From positions 1,504,001 through 1,568,000 of the forward strand of contig CP170459.1 in the NCBI GenBank assembly GCA_047947115.1: a DNA stretch of 64,000 nucleotides, in the 5' to 3' direction. Below, piece after piece: positions 35,874 through 45,821 of this stretch. Numbering within the stretch: the first letter of the stretch is position 1; the number at the start of each line of letters is the position of its first letter. This stretch comes from Verrucomicrobiota bacterium. Its GTDB lineage: Bacteria > Verrucomicrobiota > Verrucomicrobiia > Limisphaerales > AAA164-E04. Below the pieces are notes generated by a model, which was not told where the DNA came from, made no database searches, and worked only from the letters and a program-made list of their open reading frames with translations. Both the position numbers and the translations under genes were made by a program.

Positions 35874-37178
35874 ATGCGCACGTTCAATCGTCTGTTGTTG
35901 TTAGGTTTTTCTTTGGTTTGCCTGTCTGGCCAGGCACAGCCGCTGGTTCTGTTACCGGATGCACCCTATTTCGAGCCCTACAAGGCTCATCTCGCGCCCC
36001 AGCCCGGGCCATTGTTGTTGAACGAAGGGGATCGTCTGGCGATTTGTGGTGATTCCATTACCGAGCAAAAGATGTATTCCCGCATCATGGAAACGTATCT
36101 GACGGTGTGCGTGCCTCAACTGCGTGTGACGGTGCGTCAGTTTGGTTGGAGCGGTGAACGCGCTCCGGGTTTCCTGTCACGCATGACCAACGACGTGATT
36201 CGTTTTCGTCCTACTATCGCCACCACCTGTTACGGGATGAATGATCATCGTTATCGTCCTTTTACGGAGGAAATAGGCAGGGAATACGAAGAAAGCTCAC
36301 GTGCCATCATACAGGCTTTCAAAGCTCACGGGGTGCAGGTGGTACAGGGATCTGCCGGGACGGTTGGCAAGATGCCATCCTGGGTGCGTTCGGCTGACGG
36401 CACGGTGGAGGATTTAAACCTTGGGTTGCTTGCTCTCCGTAATATAGACATACGATTGGCACGCGAGGAACATGTTGCCTTTGCGGATATTTATCTGCCC
36501 ATGCTGGTGCAGGGGCATGCGGCTCAGCAGCAATACGGAACAGATTACATGATCACCGGCAAAGATGGTGTGCACCCGGGCTGGGCCGGGCAAGTGGTCA
36601 TGGCTTACGCGTTTTTGAAAGCGTTTGGATTGGATGGGGATCTGGGAGGCGTTATCATGGATCTTGACAGTGGAGCCACGAGCACGTCGGGCCTGCACGA
36701 TGTTGAGCGTGCCGGCAAAGGGGAGGTCACTCTCGTGAGTCGACAATATCCGTTCTGTGCCGAAGGAGCGCTTGGTGATGATTCCAGTATGCGATCGGGG
36801 ATGGAATGGGTGCCCTTTTTTCAGGATCTGAATCGGTTTACATTGAAATTGTCTCATGCCGATGCATCGAAATATCGCGTCGTGTGGGGTGATTTTGAGA
36901 AAGTGTTCACTGCTGAGCAGTTGTTGGCGGGTGTTAACCTTGCCGAGGCATTTGCGGTGAATCCATTTAGTAACGCTTTTCAAAAAGTTGATGGTGCTGT
37001 CGCTGCCAAGCAGGCTTATGAAACCAGGCAGATCAAACAGATCTTCCATGGTCCCGAAGGAAAACAGGAACCCGAATTGGCGGCGGTCTTGACTGAGAAG
37101 GTGCGTGCCCCGCTTGCTGAAGAGATTAGAAAATCGTTCCAACCGGTAACACATACCATTCGGGTTGTTTCTGAATAA
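35874..37178 (+). CDS. Secreted SGNH/GDSL hydrolase
   Basis: GDSITE, GWSGE, YGMND, DGVHP blocks; signal peptide. Confidence 0.85.
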   Translation: MRTFNRLLLLGFSLVCLSGQAQPLVLLPDAPYFEPYKAHLAPQPGPLLLNEGDRLAICGDSITEQKMYSRIMETYLTVCVPQLRVTVRQFGWSGERAPGFLSRMTNDVIRFRPTIATTCYGMNDHRYRPFTEEIGREYEESSRAIIQAFKAHGVQVVQGSAGTVGKMPSWVRSADGTVEDLNLGLLALRNIDIRLAREEHVAFADIYLPMLVQGHAAQQQYGTDYMITGKDGVHPGWAGQVVMAYAFLKAFGLDGDLGGVIMDLDSGATSTSGLHDVERAGKGEVTLVSRQYPFCAEGALGDDSSMRSGMEWVPFFQDLNRFTLKLSHADASKYRVVWGDFEKVFTAEQLLAGVNLAEAFAVNPFSNAFQKVDGAVAAKQAYETRQIKQIFHGPEGKQEPELAAVLTEKVRAPLAEEIRKSFQPVTHTIRVVSE

Positions 37179-37239
37179 GGTGCAAACTTTTCAGGAGTGT
37201 GCTGCGCAACCGTTTATTGGTTTACTCAGATTGCTTTAT

Positions 37240-37605
37240 ATGGAAATTTTCAATCTCGATCAGGTAGAACCTTTCACGACCAAAGACGGCTCTCAGATTC
37301 GTGAGCTGTTGGCTTATCGGAACTCGAGTATCCGGAATCAAAGTCTGGCCGAGGCGACCGTTCCGGTCGGTGGCAGCACGGATGAGCATTACCACGCCGA
37401 CACAGAGGAAATTTATTTCATATTGGAAGGCCGGGGTAAAATGCGGATTGAAGGGGAATCACAAGAAGTGCGGGTCGGGGACGCCATCGCCATTTTGCCC
37501 GGACAAAAACACAAGCTTTGGAATACCGGTGACGTACCTCTAAGATTGCTCTGCTCTTGTGCGCCTTGTTACGAACACCGGGATACCATTATCACCGAAT
37601 CCTGA
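37240..37605 (+). CDS. Cupin domain protein
   Basis: HYH..TEEIYFILEGRG and ILPGQKHKLWNTG. Confidence 0.88.
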   Translation: MEIFNLDQVEPFTTKDGSQIRELLAYRNSSIRNQSLAEATVPVGGSTDEHYHADTEEIYFILEGRGKMRIEGESQEVRVGDAIAILPGQKHKLWNTGDVPLRLLCSCAPCYEHRDTIITES

Positions 37606-37627
37606 GTTATATCATCTCTTATTGAAA

Positions 37628-37894
37628 ATGTCCGAATCCTCTCTTCATATACGTTTGTTCATCAAATCATACTGTGGCTGGTGTCACGAAGCCATTGATT
37701 GGCTTAAATCACGCCATATCCCGTTTGAAACCCTGGAGGTCATTTCCGACCCATGCGCCATGAAAGAGTTGCGGGAGTTGACCGGTCGTACCATGACGCC
37801 ATCCATCGATGTGAATGGTGAAGTGTTGGCGGATTTTGATGTGGACGAACTGGAGCAATGGTGGCGGGCCAAAGGATTTGACAAGCTTTCTTAA
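37628..37894 (+). CDS. Glutaredoxin-like protein
   Basis: CGWC active site, cis-Pro loop MTPSIDVNG. Confidence 0.85.
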   Translation: MSESSLHIRLFIKSYCGWCHEAIDWLKSRHIPFETLEVISDPCAMKELRELTGRTMTPSIDVNGEVLADFDVDELEQWWRAKGFDKLS

Positions 37895-37914
37895 GCCGCT
37901 CAGGGTTGCATCAA

Positions 37915-38829
37915 ATGGAGACTGTCACGACGCAACAAGCACGGCCACGCCTTCCGATCTGGTTGAGGCGGGCTTTGCCGACTGAGCATACCTTCGCACA
38001 GACCAGGGGGTTGCTGGATGAGCTGAACCTGCACACCGTTTGCGAAAGCGCGAAATGCCCCAATCATTGGGAATGCTGGAGCAAAGGAACTGCCTCCTTC
38101 ATGATCGCCGGAGATCGTTGCACCCGTGCATGTGGTTTCTGTGCCATTTCGACATTGAAGCCACTGCCTTTGGACAAGGAAGAGCCGGAGCGTGTGGCCG
38201 AAGCCGCTGCGAGAATGAAGCTCAAGCATGTGGTGATCACCGCCGTTGCCCGGGATGATATGCCGGACGGGGGCGCCGAACATTTTCGGCAAACCATCGA
38301 AGCGGTCCGCTCGAGGTGTCCGGACATGGTGATCGAAGTGTTGACGCCTGACTTTTTGCTGAAAGAAGAAGCGGTGGATGCGGTGCTTTCAGCCCGACCC
38401 CATATCTTTAATCACAACATGGAGACGGTTCGTCGTCTCACTCCCGAAGTGCGGTCGCGCGCCACGTACGACCGTTCGCTGGCTTTGTTGGGAATGGTTC
38501 GGGAACGGGCCGATTATCGTGTGTATACCAAGTCGGGACTGATGCTCGGCCTGGGGGAAACTGAAGAAGAACTGACTCAAACGATGGATGATTTGCGGCA
38601 GGTGGATTGTGATATTCTCACGCTTGGACAGTACTTGCAGCCCAGCCTGAAGCATTTGCCGGTCAAAGAATACGTCCCCCCTGAAACATTTGATCAACTG
38701 GGTGAACGTGCCCGGGAGAAGGGATTTGTTCATGTGGCGAGCGGTCCCATGGTTCGCAGTTCTTATCATGCCGATGCCTTTAACGCGCATCGCGGATCTG
38801 TGGCAGAATCATCAAACCTCGAATCGTGA
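37915..38829 (+). CDS. lipA: Lipoyl synthase
   Basis: CESAKCPNHWEC, CTRACGFC, NHNMETV, LGQYLQP, VRSSYHA. Confidence 0.97.
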   Translation: METVTTQQARPRLPIWLRRALPTEHTFAQTRGLLDELNLHTVCESAKCPNHWECWSKGTASFMIAGDRCTRACGFCAISTLKPLPLDKEEPERVAEAAARMKLKHVVITAVARDDMPDGGAEHFRQTIEAVRSRCPDMVIEVLTPDFLLKEEAVDAVLSARPHIFNHNMETVRRLTPEVRSRATYDRSLALLGMVRERADYRVYTKSGLMLGLGETEEELTQTMDDLRQVDCDILTLGQYLQPSLKHLPVKEYVPPETFDQLGERAREKGFVHVASGPMVRSSYHADAFNAHRGSVAESSNLES

Positions 38830-39403
38830 AATAGGCCAGCAGGACCATGAGAAATCCGGCCAGTGACCATGCGATGATGCGTACGATTCGTGTTCGTCGT
38901 TCGCTTTGGGCTTCCTCTTCAAAACGGGATGCTTGAAGCTCGATCATTTTCTTTTCGATAATTTTTTCCGCCTTGAAATCCCTTAAAGGAAACACTTTGA
39001 GAGAACGATCCGGCGTTCCTAGTTCTGATGGAAACTTTGGTTTTTCATCTGAGGTGGGCATGCGAAATCCGATGGAATTCCAATAGTCGGCTTTTTCCTT
39101 TGTCCAGACCCGATGCACCCCCTGATTACCAAACATGATTTTCAGGCGATGCCACAAAGCGTCTCGCATGGCAGATTCGGTGGTTGGATGCGTGAAAGCT
39201 TCGTGGTGTATCCAAGCTTCCTCGCCGCTGATTCGAATGCCCAGCGCACCCAGCAAACGCCCGTCATCTCCTTCCACCAACTGGAATTCGGTCAGATGTT
39301 TCTCAAGTTCTAGTGGTGCATACAGAGCTGTTTGCCAGAGGCCGCGCAATACATCCAGATCCTCCAGCGTGGCTCGGCGAAAATGGAAATTGAATTCCGT
39401 CAT
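38780..39403 (-). CDS. Hypothetical protein, GNAT-like N-terminus with C-terminal TM helix
   Basis: FRRATLEDL...LLGALGI start; hydrophobic IIAWSLAGFLMVLLAYF. Confidence 0.55.
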   Translation of the reverse strand: MTEFNFHFRRATLEDLDVLRGLWQTALYAPLELEKHLTEFQLVEGDDGRLLGALGIRISGEEAWIHHEAFTHPTTESAMRDALWHRLKIMFGNQGVHRVWTKEKADYWNSIGFRMPTSDEKPKFPSELGTPDRSLKVFPLRDFKAEKIIEKKMIELQASRFEEEAQSERRTRIVRIIAWSLAGFLMVLLAYFTIRGLMILPQIRDAR

Positions 39404-39464
39404 GGCAGGCTTTCTGAATCTGGTTTTCCAGGCATTTCGCGTCTGGCGTTAGTGAGTTGGACTT

Positions 39465-40220
39465 CTATTGGATGGTTACGCCGACCGGACAGTGGTCGGA
39501 TCCCGTCACCTCGGGCAGGATGAAGGCCGATTGCAGTCGTGCCCTCAGGTCGGGGGAAATGCAGCAATAATCGATGCGCCACCCGACGTTCCGTGCTCGG
39601 GCGCCGGCACGGTAACTCCACCATGAATAATGCCCTCCCCCGGATTCGAATTCGCGAAAGGTGTCGATGAATCCGGCGTCCACCAGTTGGGAAAAGGACG
39701 TGCGTTCCTCCGGACTGAAGCCCGGATTCTTGACGTTTTCTTTTGGGCGAGCCAAGTCGATTTCCTTGTGGGCCACATTCAAGTCACCGCAAAACATGAC
39801 CGGCTTAATTTTTTGCAATTTAACAACATGTTGCCGAAAGGCGGCATCCCATGCGAGCCGGTAATCCAGTCTGGCCAACGCATGTTGGGCGTTGGGAGTG
39901 TAAACGTTGACGAGGATGAAGGATTCGAATTCCACATTCTGCACGCGCCCCTCCTGGTCATGCTCGGGAATGTCCAAACCATCCCAAACCTTCACGGGTT
40001 TCTGTCGTGTGAGGATTCCTGTGCCTGAGTAGCCTTTTTTGACGGCGGCATTCCAGTAGCATTGATAAGCGGAAGGCCACTCAATGTGGGTGAGCTGATC
40101 CGGCTGGGCCTTTGTTTCCTGCAGGCAAATGACGTCGGCATCCGCTGAATGGATGAAATCAAGCAGGCCTTTGCCGATGACGGCCCTTACCCCGTTTACA
40201 TTCCAGGAGATGATTTTCAT
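39465..40220 (-). CDS. xth: Exodeoxyribonuclease III
   Basis: ISWNVNG, LQETK, GYSG, EGR, CGDLNVAH, YSWWSYR, GWRIDY, SDHCP. Confidence 0.96.
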   Translation of the reverse strand: MKIISWNVNGVRAVIGKGLLDFIHSADADVICLQETKAQPDQLTHIEWPSAYQCYWNAAVKKGYSGTGILTRQKPVKVWDGLDIPEHDQEGRVQNVEFESFILVNVYTPNAQHALARLDYRLAWDAAFRQHVVKLQKIKPVMFCGDLNVAHKEIDLARPKENVKNPGFSPEERTSFSQLVDAGFIDTFREFESGGGHYSWWSYRAGARARNVGWRIDYCCISPDLRARLQSAFILPEVTGSDHCPVGVTIQ

Positions 40221-41056
40221 GAATCTTGATCCTCTCCCTGGCTTTCGGGTGTGGCCGGCAATCCAAAGAATGCTTCCGCTGTTTCCGTCGTTTCCCTGGC
40301 CACTTGTTCAAAGGGTTTATCGGCGCAACGGGCGATTTCCCTTGCGATGTGTGGCAGGTGCATGGGTTCGTTGCGTTGTGTTTTGGGTTTGGGATCGAGA
40401 TCCCGTGGCATCAGATAGGGCGCGTCGGTTTCGATCATGAGTCTGTTCGAAGGGATGCTTGGAATGAGTTCCTTCAAGTGGTGCCCGCGGCGTTCATCGC
40501 AAATCCAACCAGTGATCCCGATGTGACAGTCCAGGTCCAGAAGTTGGAAAAGCACCTTTTTTGAATCAGTAAAACAGTGGACGACGGCTCCGCTGATCTG
40601 TTCCCGAAAATTTTTCAAGATGGAAACGAAAGCATCCCCCGCGTCTCGTTGATGCAGGAACAGGGGAAGTCGATTCTCGATCGCCATTTCCAGATGGGCG
40701 AGGAAGACTTTTTCCTGAACGGATTTCGGTGAGAAATTTCGAAAGAAATCCAATCCACATTCTCCGACTGCGACGATTTCCTCTTTTTCGTGAAGCTCTT
40801 TCAATATCGTGTAGGTGTCTCCATTCACGTCCTTCGCGTGGTGTGGGTGAATGCCTGCGGTGGCATGAAAATACTGGTTATGGTCTCTTGCCAGTTCGAA
40901 AGCCTTTTGGCTGCCTTCTTCACTGGCGCCGGTGAGAACCATGCGACGTACGCCTTGTTCGACCGCTCGGTGAATGACATCACGGCGGTCTTTGTCGAAA
41001 GAATCGTGCGTCAGATTCAGACCGATATCGATCAGAGATGGAGTTTCTTCACTCAT
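40217..41056 (-). CDS. tatD: TatD family nuclease
   Basis: IDIGLNL, TAGIHPH, VGECGLDF, FLHQRDA, VVHCFT, ETDAPY. Confidence 0.93.
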   Translation of the reverse strand: MSEETPSLIDIGLNLTHDSFDKDRRDVIHRAVEQGVRRMVLTGASEEGSQKAFELARDHNQYFHATAGIHPHHAKDVNGDTYTILKELHEKEEIVAVGECGLDFFRNFSPKSVQEKVFLAHLEMAIENRLPLFLHQRDAGDAFVSILKNFREQISGAVVHCFTDSKKVLFQLLDLDCHIGITGWICDERRGHHLKELIPSIPSNRLMIETDAPYLMPRDLDPKPKTQRNEPMHLPHIAREIARCADKPFEQVARETTETAEAFFGLPATPESQGEDQDS

Positions 41057-41108
41057 ATGAAAAACGGCTTGCCTAACATATCAACAGCTTCTTTTTTTCG
41101 GGGGGGCC

Positions 41109-41993
41109 TCATGCTTCCCGGAAGACCGGAGTTGGGAGTCCGGAAACGCCGACATCCGCAGAAAACAGTCCTCCTGCCTGAGGTTGTTCCAGGTGTCCGT
41201 TTTCGTCCAGATCACGACTCGCGGTGGTGATGTACAGGGTGCGATAATCGTTGCCTCCAAAGCAGCATGCAGTGACGCATTCCACCGGTAATTCCACTTT
41301 GCCGAGCAATTCGCCTGTCCTCGGGTTCCAACATCCCACACCCCATCCCGCCCAGAGCGCGACCCATAAGTTTCCGTTGGCATCAATGGTCATGCCGTCC
41401 GGATACCCCATGTCTTTTGGGATTTCGATGGCATGCCTGCGATTGCAGATTTCACCTGTTTCGGGGTCAAAATCGAAAGCATCCACATGACGGGTCGGTG
41501 TGTCGATGTAAAACATGGTGTGATGATCCTGAGACCAAGCTAGTCCGTTTGAAATGGTAACGGATTCGACTGTTTTTTTGATCTCGCCGTCTTTTGTTAT
41601 GCGGTAAAGGCTGCCTGCGCCTTCCTCTTCCTTGCAGGACATGGTCCCCGCCCAGAGTCGGCCCTGCGGATCACATTTGCCATCGTTGAATCGATTGTCC
41701 GGCAGTCCCGGTTCAGGGTTCTGCAGGGGAGTGGTCTTTCCTGTGGCCGGGTCCAGCCGCATGAGGCCCGACTGGGTTCCTGCCAGCAACTGGCCTTTGG
41801 AAGTTCGAACCACACAGCCTACCCGTTGACTCAGCGCCCAGGTTTCGTTGCGATGTTCTTTTGGGTAGAATCGGCAGATTTTTCCCTGTTCGATATCAAC
41901 CCAAACGATTGCCTGAAGGTTTTCATCCCAACCGGGGCCTTCGGCCAGGGTGGCTTTGCCGTCAAAAATGCATGATGCCTGATAGGTTTGCAT
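41109..41993 (-). CDS. SMP-30/gluconolactonase family protein (sugar lactonase)
   Basis: LAEGP.W, RFNDGKCDPQGRLWAGTM, SNGLAW, PDGMTID, CCFGG, LYITTA. Confidence 0.92.
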   Translation of the reverse strand: MQTYQASCIFDGKATLAEGPGWDENLQAIVWVDIEQGKICRFYPKEHRNETWALSQRVGCVVRTSKGQLLAGTQSGLMRLDPATGKTTPLQNPEPGLPDNRFNDGKCDPQGRLWAGTMSCKEEEGAGSLYRITKDGEIKKTVESVTISNGLAWSQDHHTMFYIDTPTRHVDAFDFDPETGEICNRRHAIEIPKDMGYPDGMTIDANGNLWVALWAGWGVGCWNPRTGELLGKVELPVECVTACCFGGNDYRTLYITTASRDLDENGHLEQPQAGGLFSADVGVSGLPTPVFREA

Positions 41994-42078
41994 GGGATTT
42001 GTTTTAGAGATTTGAAGCCGAGCCTGCAAGTTCGGGCTGGTAAAATGAATAAGCTGGCAAAAACTTCCGAACAATTTT

Positions 42079-42954
42079 ATGGATAGTTCCAATATGCGTG
42101 TTTGCAGATTTGTTACCGGAGACAATGATTCACCTCGAATTGGGGTGGTGAATGAAAATAATCAGGTCATTGATGTGACTTCCAATGGGATAGAAAACCT
42201 GGCTGTCCTTTTTCACAGTTCCAGAAGAGCTGCGTTATTGGAGAAATTGAACCGGGCTTCGGTGAGTGGATTTTCGCTGGCGGATGTGCGTCTTTTGGCT
42301 CCTGTGGACAAACAGGAGGTATGGGCGGCTGGAGTGACTTATTTGCGTAGCAAAACCGCCAGAATGGAGGAGTCTGACTTCAGTGCCACGGCCTATGACA
42401 AGGTTTACGACGCGCCTCGTCCAGAGATTTTCTTCAAATCATTGCCGGAGAAGGTGGTGGCTGCAGGTGATCCCGTAGGGATTCGTAAGGATGCCTCGTG
42501 GAACGTTCCCGAACCTGAGTTGGCGTTGGTCTTGGATTCTGAAGGACGGATCGCGGGGTACTCGATTGGCAATGACATGAGTTCTCGGGATATCGAGGGT
42601 GAAAACCTGCTTTATCTTCCTCAGGCCAAGATGTATGACAGCAGCTGTTCACTCGGGCCATGGTTGGTGCTTGGTCCGGATGAAGAGACTGTGCGTGGCT
42701 GGACGATAGGAGTCAGCATTCACAGAAGCGGCAAGATAGTTTTTGAGGGGGAAACCTCCATCAATCAGATCAAGCGTTCATTTGATGAATTGGCGAACTA
42801 CCTGTATCGATCTCAAACATTTACGTCCGGTGCGGTTTTGTTGACCGGAACGGGCGTGGTGCCGGATGATGATTTTACATTGGAGGAAGGTGATCAGGTT
42901 GTGATCAAAGTCTCCGGTGTGGGCGAACTTTCAAACCCGGTTATCCGGGTATGA
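42079..42954 (+). CDS. FAH-family protein, 2-keto-3-deoxy-pentonate dehydratase-like (XylX/KdaD type)
   Basis: QEVWAAGVTY.RS, RPEIFFK, PEPEL, GNDMSSRDIEGEN.LYLPQAK, LLTGTG. Confidence 0.82.
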   Translation: MDSSNMRVCRFVTGDNDSPRIGVVNENNQVIDVTSNGIENLAVLFHSSRRAALLEKLNRASVSGFSLADVRLLAPVDKQEVWAAGVTYLRSKTARMEESDFSATAYDKVYDAPRPEIFFKSLPEKVVAAGDPVGIRKDASWNVPEPELALVLDSEGRIAGYSIGNDMSSRDIEGENLLYLPQAKMYDSSCSLGPWLVLGPDEETVRGWTIGVSIHRSGKIVFEGETSINQIKRSFDELANYLYRSQTFTSGAVLLTGTGVVPDDDFTLEEGDQVVIKVSGVGELSNPVIRV

Positions 42955-43109
42955 AATGGTTCTGACTGTGTAAAAGAAGCTTTTGACACTTTGTCTCGTG
43001 TAGTACATCTCCTCCTCGCCTCTTGACCGGATGCAGCCGGTGGACTTTTGTGAGTTTCGGACGGTTTCCTTTCGGGCAGGCTGTCTCTACCGCATGTAAA
43101 CCAAGGAAT

Positions 43110-43874
43110 ATGAATACAAAAAATACACTTAAAAGCGCCATTCAATGGCTTGCGGCCATTGTTCTAATCACCGGTATGCAATCTTCTTCGCTGCGTGCGG
43201 CGGAAGAGCCTGAAGCGGCCGAAAAACCAAAGTGGGAAACCAACGCTTCCGTCGGTTTTACCCTGACTCAGGGGAACAATGACACCTTGTTGGCCACGGC
43301 GAGTATTCTGGGGTTGAAAAAGTGGGAAATGAACGAACTGAGTCTGGGGGCTGATGCCAGCATCGGTGAAGTCGAAGGTGTCAAGAACAACGAAACCTTG
43401 CGCGGGTTCAGCCAATACAACCGCTTGTTCACCAACGATCGGACCTATGCATTGATCAATACGTCCATCCTTCACGATGCGATCGCAGACGTCGATTACC
43501 GTTTCACGGTCAGTCCTGGTTTGGGTCATTATTTCTTCAAGGGTGACAAATTTGAACTCAGCGGGGAACTTGGTCCGGGTTTTGTTGCTGAAGAAGTGGG
43601 CGGAGTGACCGACCAGTATATGTCACTGCGTCTCGCCGAATCCGCCAAATATAAAATCAGCGACCGAGCCAGAATGTGGCAAAAGATCGAATACGTGCCC
43701 CAGGTTGATCAGTTTTCCAACTACTTGATTGTTGCTGAAATTGGGGTGGATTCTGATTTGACCGAGAAACTCGGTTTGCGTCTTACCCTCCAGGATGTGT
43801 TCGATAATGAACCTGCAGCAGGGCGTAAAAGCAATGATCTCAAGGTGGTTTCAAGCTTGCGCTACAAGTTTTGA
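43110..43874 (+). CDS. DUF481-like outer-membrane beta-barrel protein
   Basis: AAGGA RBS, signal peptide, GN.DT, PGLGHYF, C-terminal LRYKF. Confidence 0.75.
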   Translation: MNTKNTLKSAIQWLAAIVLITGMQSSSLRAAEEPEAAEKPKWETNASVGFTLTQGNNDTLLATASILGLKKWEMNELSLGADASIGEVEGVKNNETLRGFSQYNRLFTNDRTYALINTSILHDAIADVDYRFTVSPGLGHYFFKGDKFELSGELGPGFVAEEVGGVTDQYMSLRLAESAKYKISDRARMWQKIEYVPQVDQFSNYLIVAEIGVDSDLTEKLGLRLTLQDVFDNEPAAGRKSNDLKVVSSLRYKF

Positions 43875-43934
43875 TGTAAAGCCGGAAAGGTCTTCTTTGG
43901 GATTCAGTCCCCGACATTCTACATTGTCCTATAT

Positions 43935-44633
43935 TTGTTGATGACAAAGGTCCGTTATACACAAGTCATTCCCGTTTGCCTCGTGGTCCTGTTGGGCGCC
44001 ACTTTGTTGGTTGGTACTGGTTGCCGCACAGGTTACTACGCTGTCATGGAGAAATTTGGGAAGCACAAACGGGATCTTTTGAGACAGTCGCTGACCGATG
44101 CCAGCGAGCAACAGCGTGAAGTGGAGCAGCAGTTCAAAGACGCGCTGACAAGATTGCAGGAACTGACAGGAGCCTCCGGTGGAGAACTGGAGGAAAGGTA
44201 TCAGTCCTTCACAAAGGAATACGAGAAAAGCCGCACTCAGTCGGAAGGTGTTGCAGCGCATATTCTTGAAGTGGAGCATGTTGCCAGGGATTTGTTCAAT
44301 GAGTGGGAAACCGAGTTGGGGGAAATTCAAAGCAGCACTCTCAAGCAGAAGAGTCGGTCAAAGCTTCTCGAGACCCAGGCCCGATTTGAGAAAATGCGTC
44401 TGTCCCTTTTGAAATCGGAACAAGCCATGGAGCCTGTTCTGATTCAAATGAAAGATTATGTACTGTATTTGAAGCACAATCTGAATGCTCAGGCCATAGG
44501 ATCCCTGAAAGACGAAACCTTCCGAATAGAAGCCGAAATCACCCAACTTATCTCTGAAATGAACCGCTCTATTGAGGAAACAGAACAATTTATTCTAATT
44601 TTGGAAAATGAAGCTGGCACAACAGATCGATAA
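43935..44633 (+). CDS. DUF2959-like coiled-coil lipoprotein
   Basis: GC..GYYAVMEKFGKHKRDLL, LFNEWETEL, VLYLKHNLNAQAIGSL. Confidence 0.8.
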   Translation: MLMTKVRYTQVIPVCLVVLLGATLLVGTGCRTGYYAVMEKFGKHKRDLLRQSLTDASEQQREVEQQFKDALTRLQELTGASGGELEERYQSFTKEYEKSRTQSEGVAAHILEVEHVARDLFNEWETELGEIQSSTLKQKSRSKLLETQARFEKMRLSLLKSEQAMEPVLIQMKDYVLYLKHNLNAQAIGSLKDETFRIEAEITQLISEMNRSIEETEQFILILENEAGTTDR

Positions 44634-44742
44634 ATTGCGCGGTCTGCTCCGACAGTTGGAGGAACAGTAAGAATGGTTTAACTCAGACGCTATGCTAGGG
44701 CTAGTTTAGTTTTTGAACCTTAGACAAGATATAAACAATTTA

Positions 44743-45680
44743 AAGAAGCTAATCAAAATCCGTGCCTTTTAAGCTACCTTCGCACTTATGCTGGCTTGTG
44801 CTGGATTCATTGGGCTTGCCAACGGGCAGGCAGTAATAAACGAAAGACGCAATCAATCGTCTTCGTTCGATCAGGCAAAAGGTGACTACTACAAAGGCCG
44901 GTCGCCTTTCATCAAAAGGCTCTTTGGTGGAGGTTCCGATGAGGAACCCGAACCCGAACCGACCCGCCAGCCAGCACCTTTTGTTTATGAATATCGAGTC
45001 ATTAATCTGACTTCCTACCCCGTTCATCAAGTCATAGTGATGGACAGAGTTACTGACCATTTTAAGACGACGGACGCCGATCCTGATCCCGCCAATCTTA
45101 GCGATGGGGTGGCCACCTGGAATCTGGGTGAAATGGGCGCTCGTGAAACGCGGATCATCAAGGTCAGCGGCACAGCTCCAGAAGAAGGCACGATCAGAAC
45201 ATGTGGATGTGCGACTTACAGCCCGATCCTCTGCGAACCCATTCGAGTTGTCAAAGCTGACCAGCAACTGGTCAAGGAAGGTCCGGCAAATGTGACACTG
45301 TGTGACCCCATTCTCTACACAGTCCGTGTCACAAACACGGGTAGCAGTGTTCTTACGGGAGTTCGTATCACGGATGAGATGGAAGAAGGCTTGACCACCA
45401 ATGGCTACCGCAGTGCCTTTGCAGATATGGGGATATTGCGTCCGGGTGAAACGAGAACGTTCAACCTGTAAGCCAAGGCCTCCAGGACCGGCGAGTTCAC
45501 CAGTATGACGAAAGTTGTCACCGCTCAAGGTGTCGAAGCCCAGGATCAGGTAGTCAGTCACCAAGGCGACCGCACCGTTTCTGTCGATCACATGCACAAC
45601 TGACGAAGAACGTTTCGTCGGCCGTCCGATCCAAGCCTGCTTCACCCTCACCAACCAGGGACCCACCGCTGCCGGCAGTC
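44743..45680 (+). pseudogene. Decayed DUF11-repeat, cysteine-containing envelope protein (OmcB-like)
   Basis: DUF11-like repeats (YEYRVINL, WNLGEM, LCDPILYTVRVTNTG, ACFTLTNQG); in-frame TAA at 44770 and 45469; AGTC duplication frameshift at 45552-45559; 3' truncation. Confidence 0.7.
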
Positions 45681-45701
45681 ATGCACTGCCGGCTTCTTTT
45701 T
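45671..45701 (+). terminator. Intrinsic terminator
   Basis: GCCGGCAGT-CATGC-ACTGCCGGC-TTCTTTTT. Confidence 0.75.
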
Positions 45702-45821
45702 GTTTGGATGTCGCGCTTGTATTTTTTTTGTAAACACCTTTGAATGGTTTTAATCCAGACGTCAACCGAATCGGCATGAAGGTTGTCTTCGGAGTCTTTA
45801 AGCATGAATCTCAGGTTTCCT

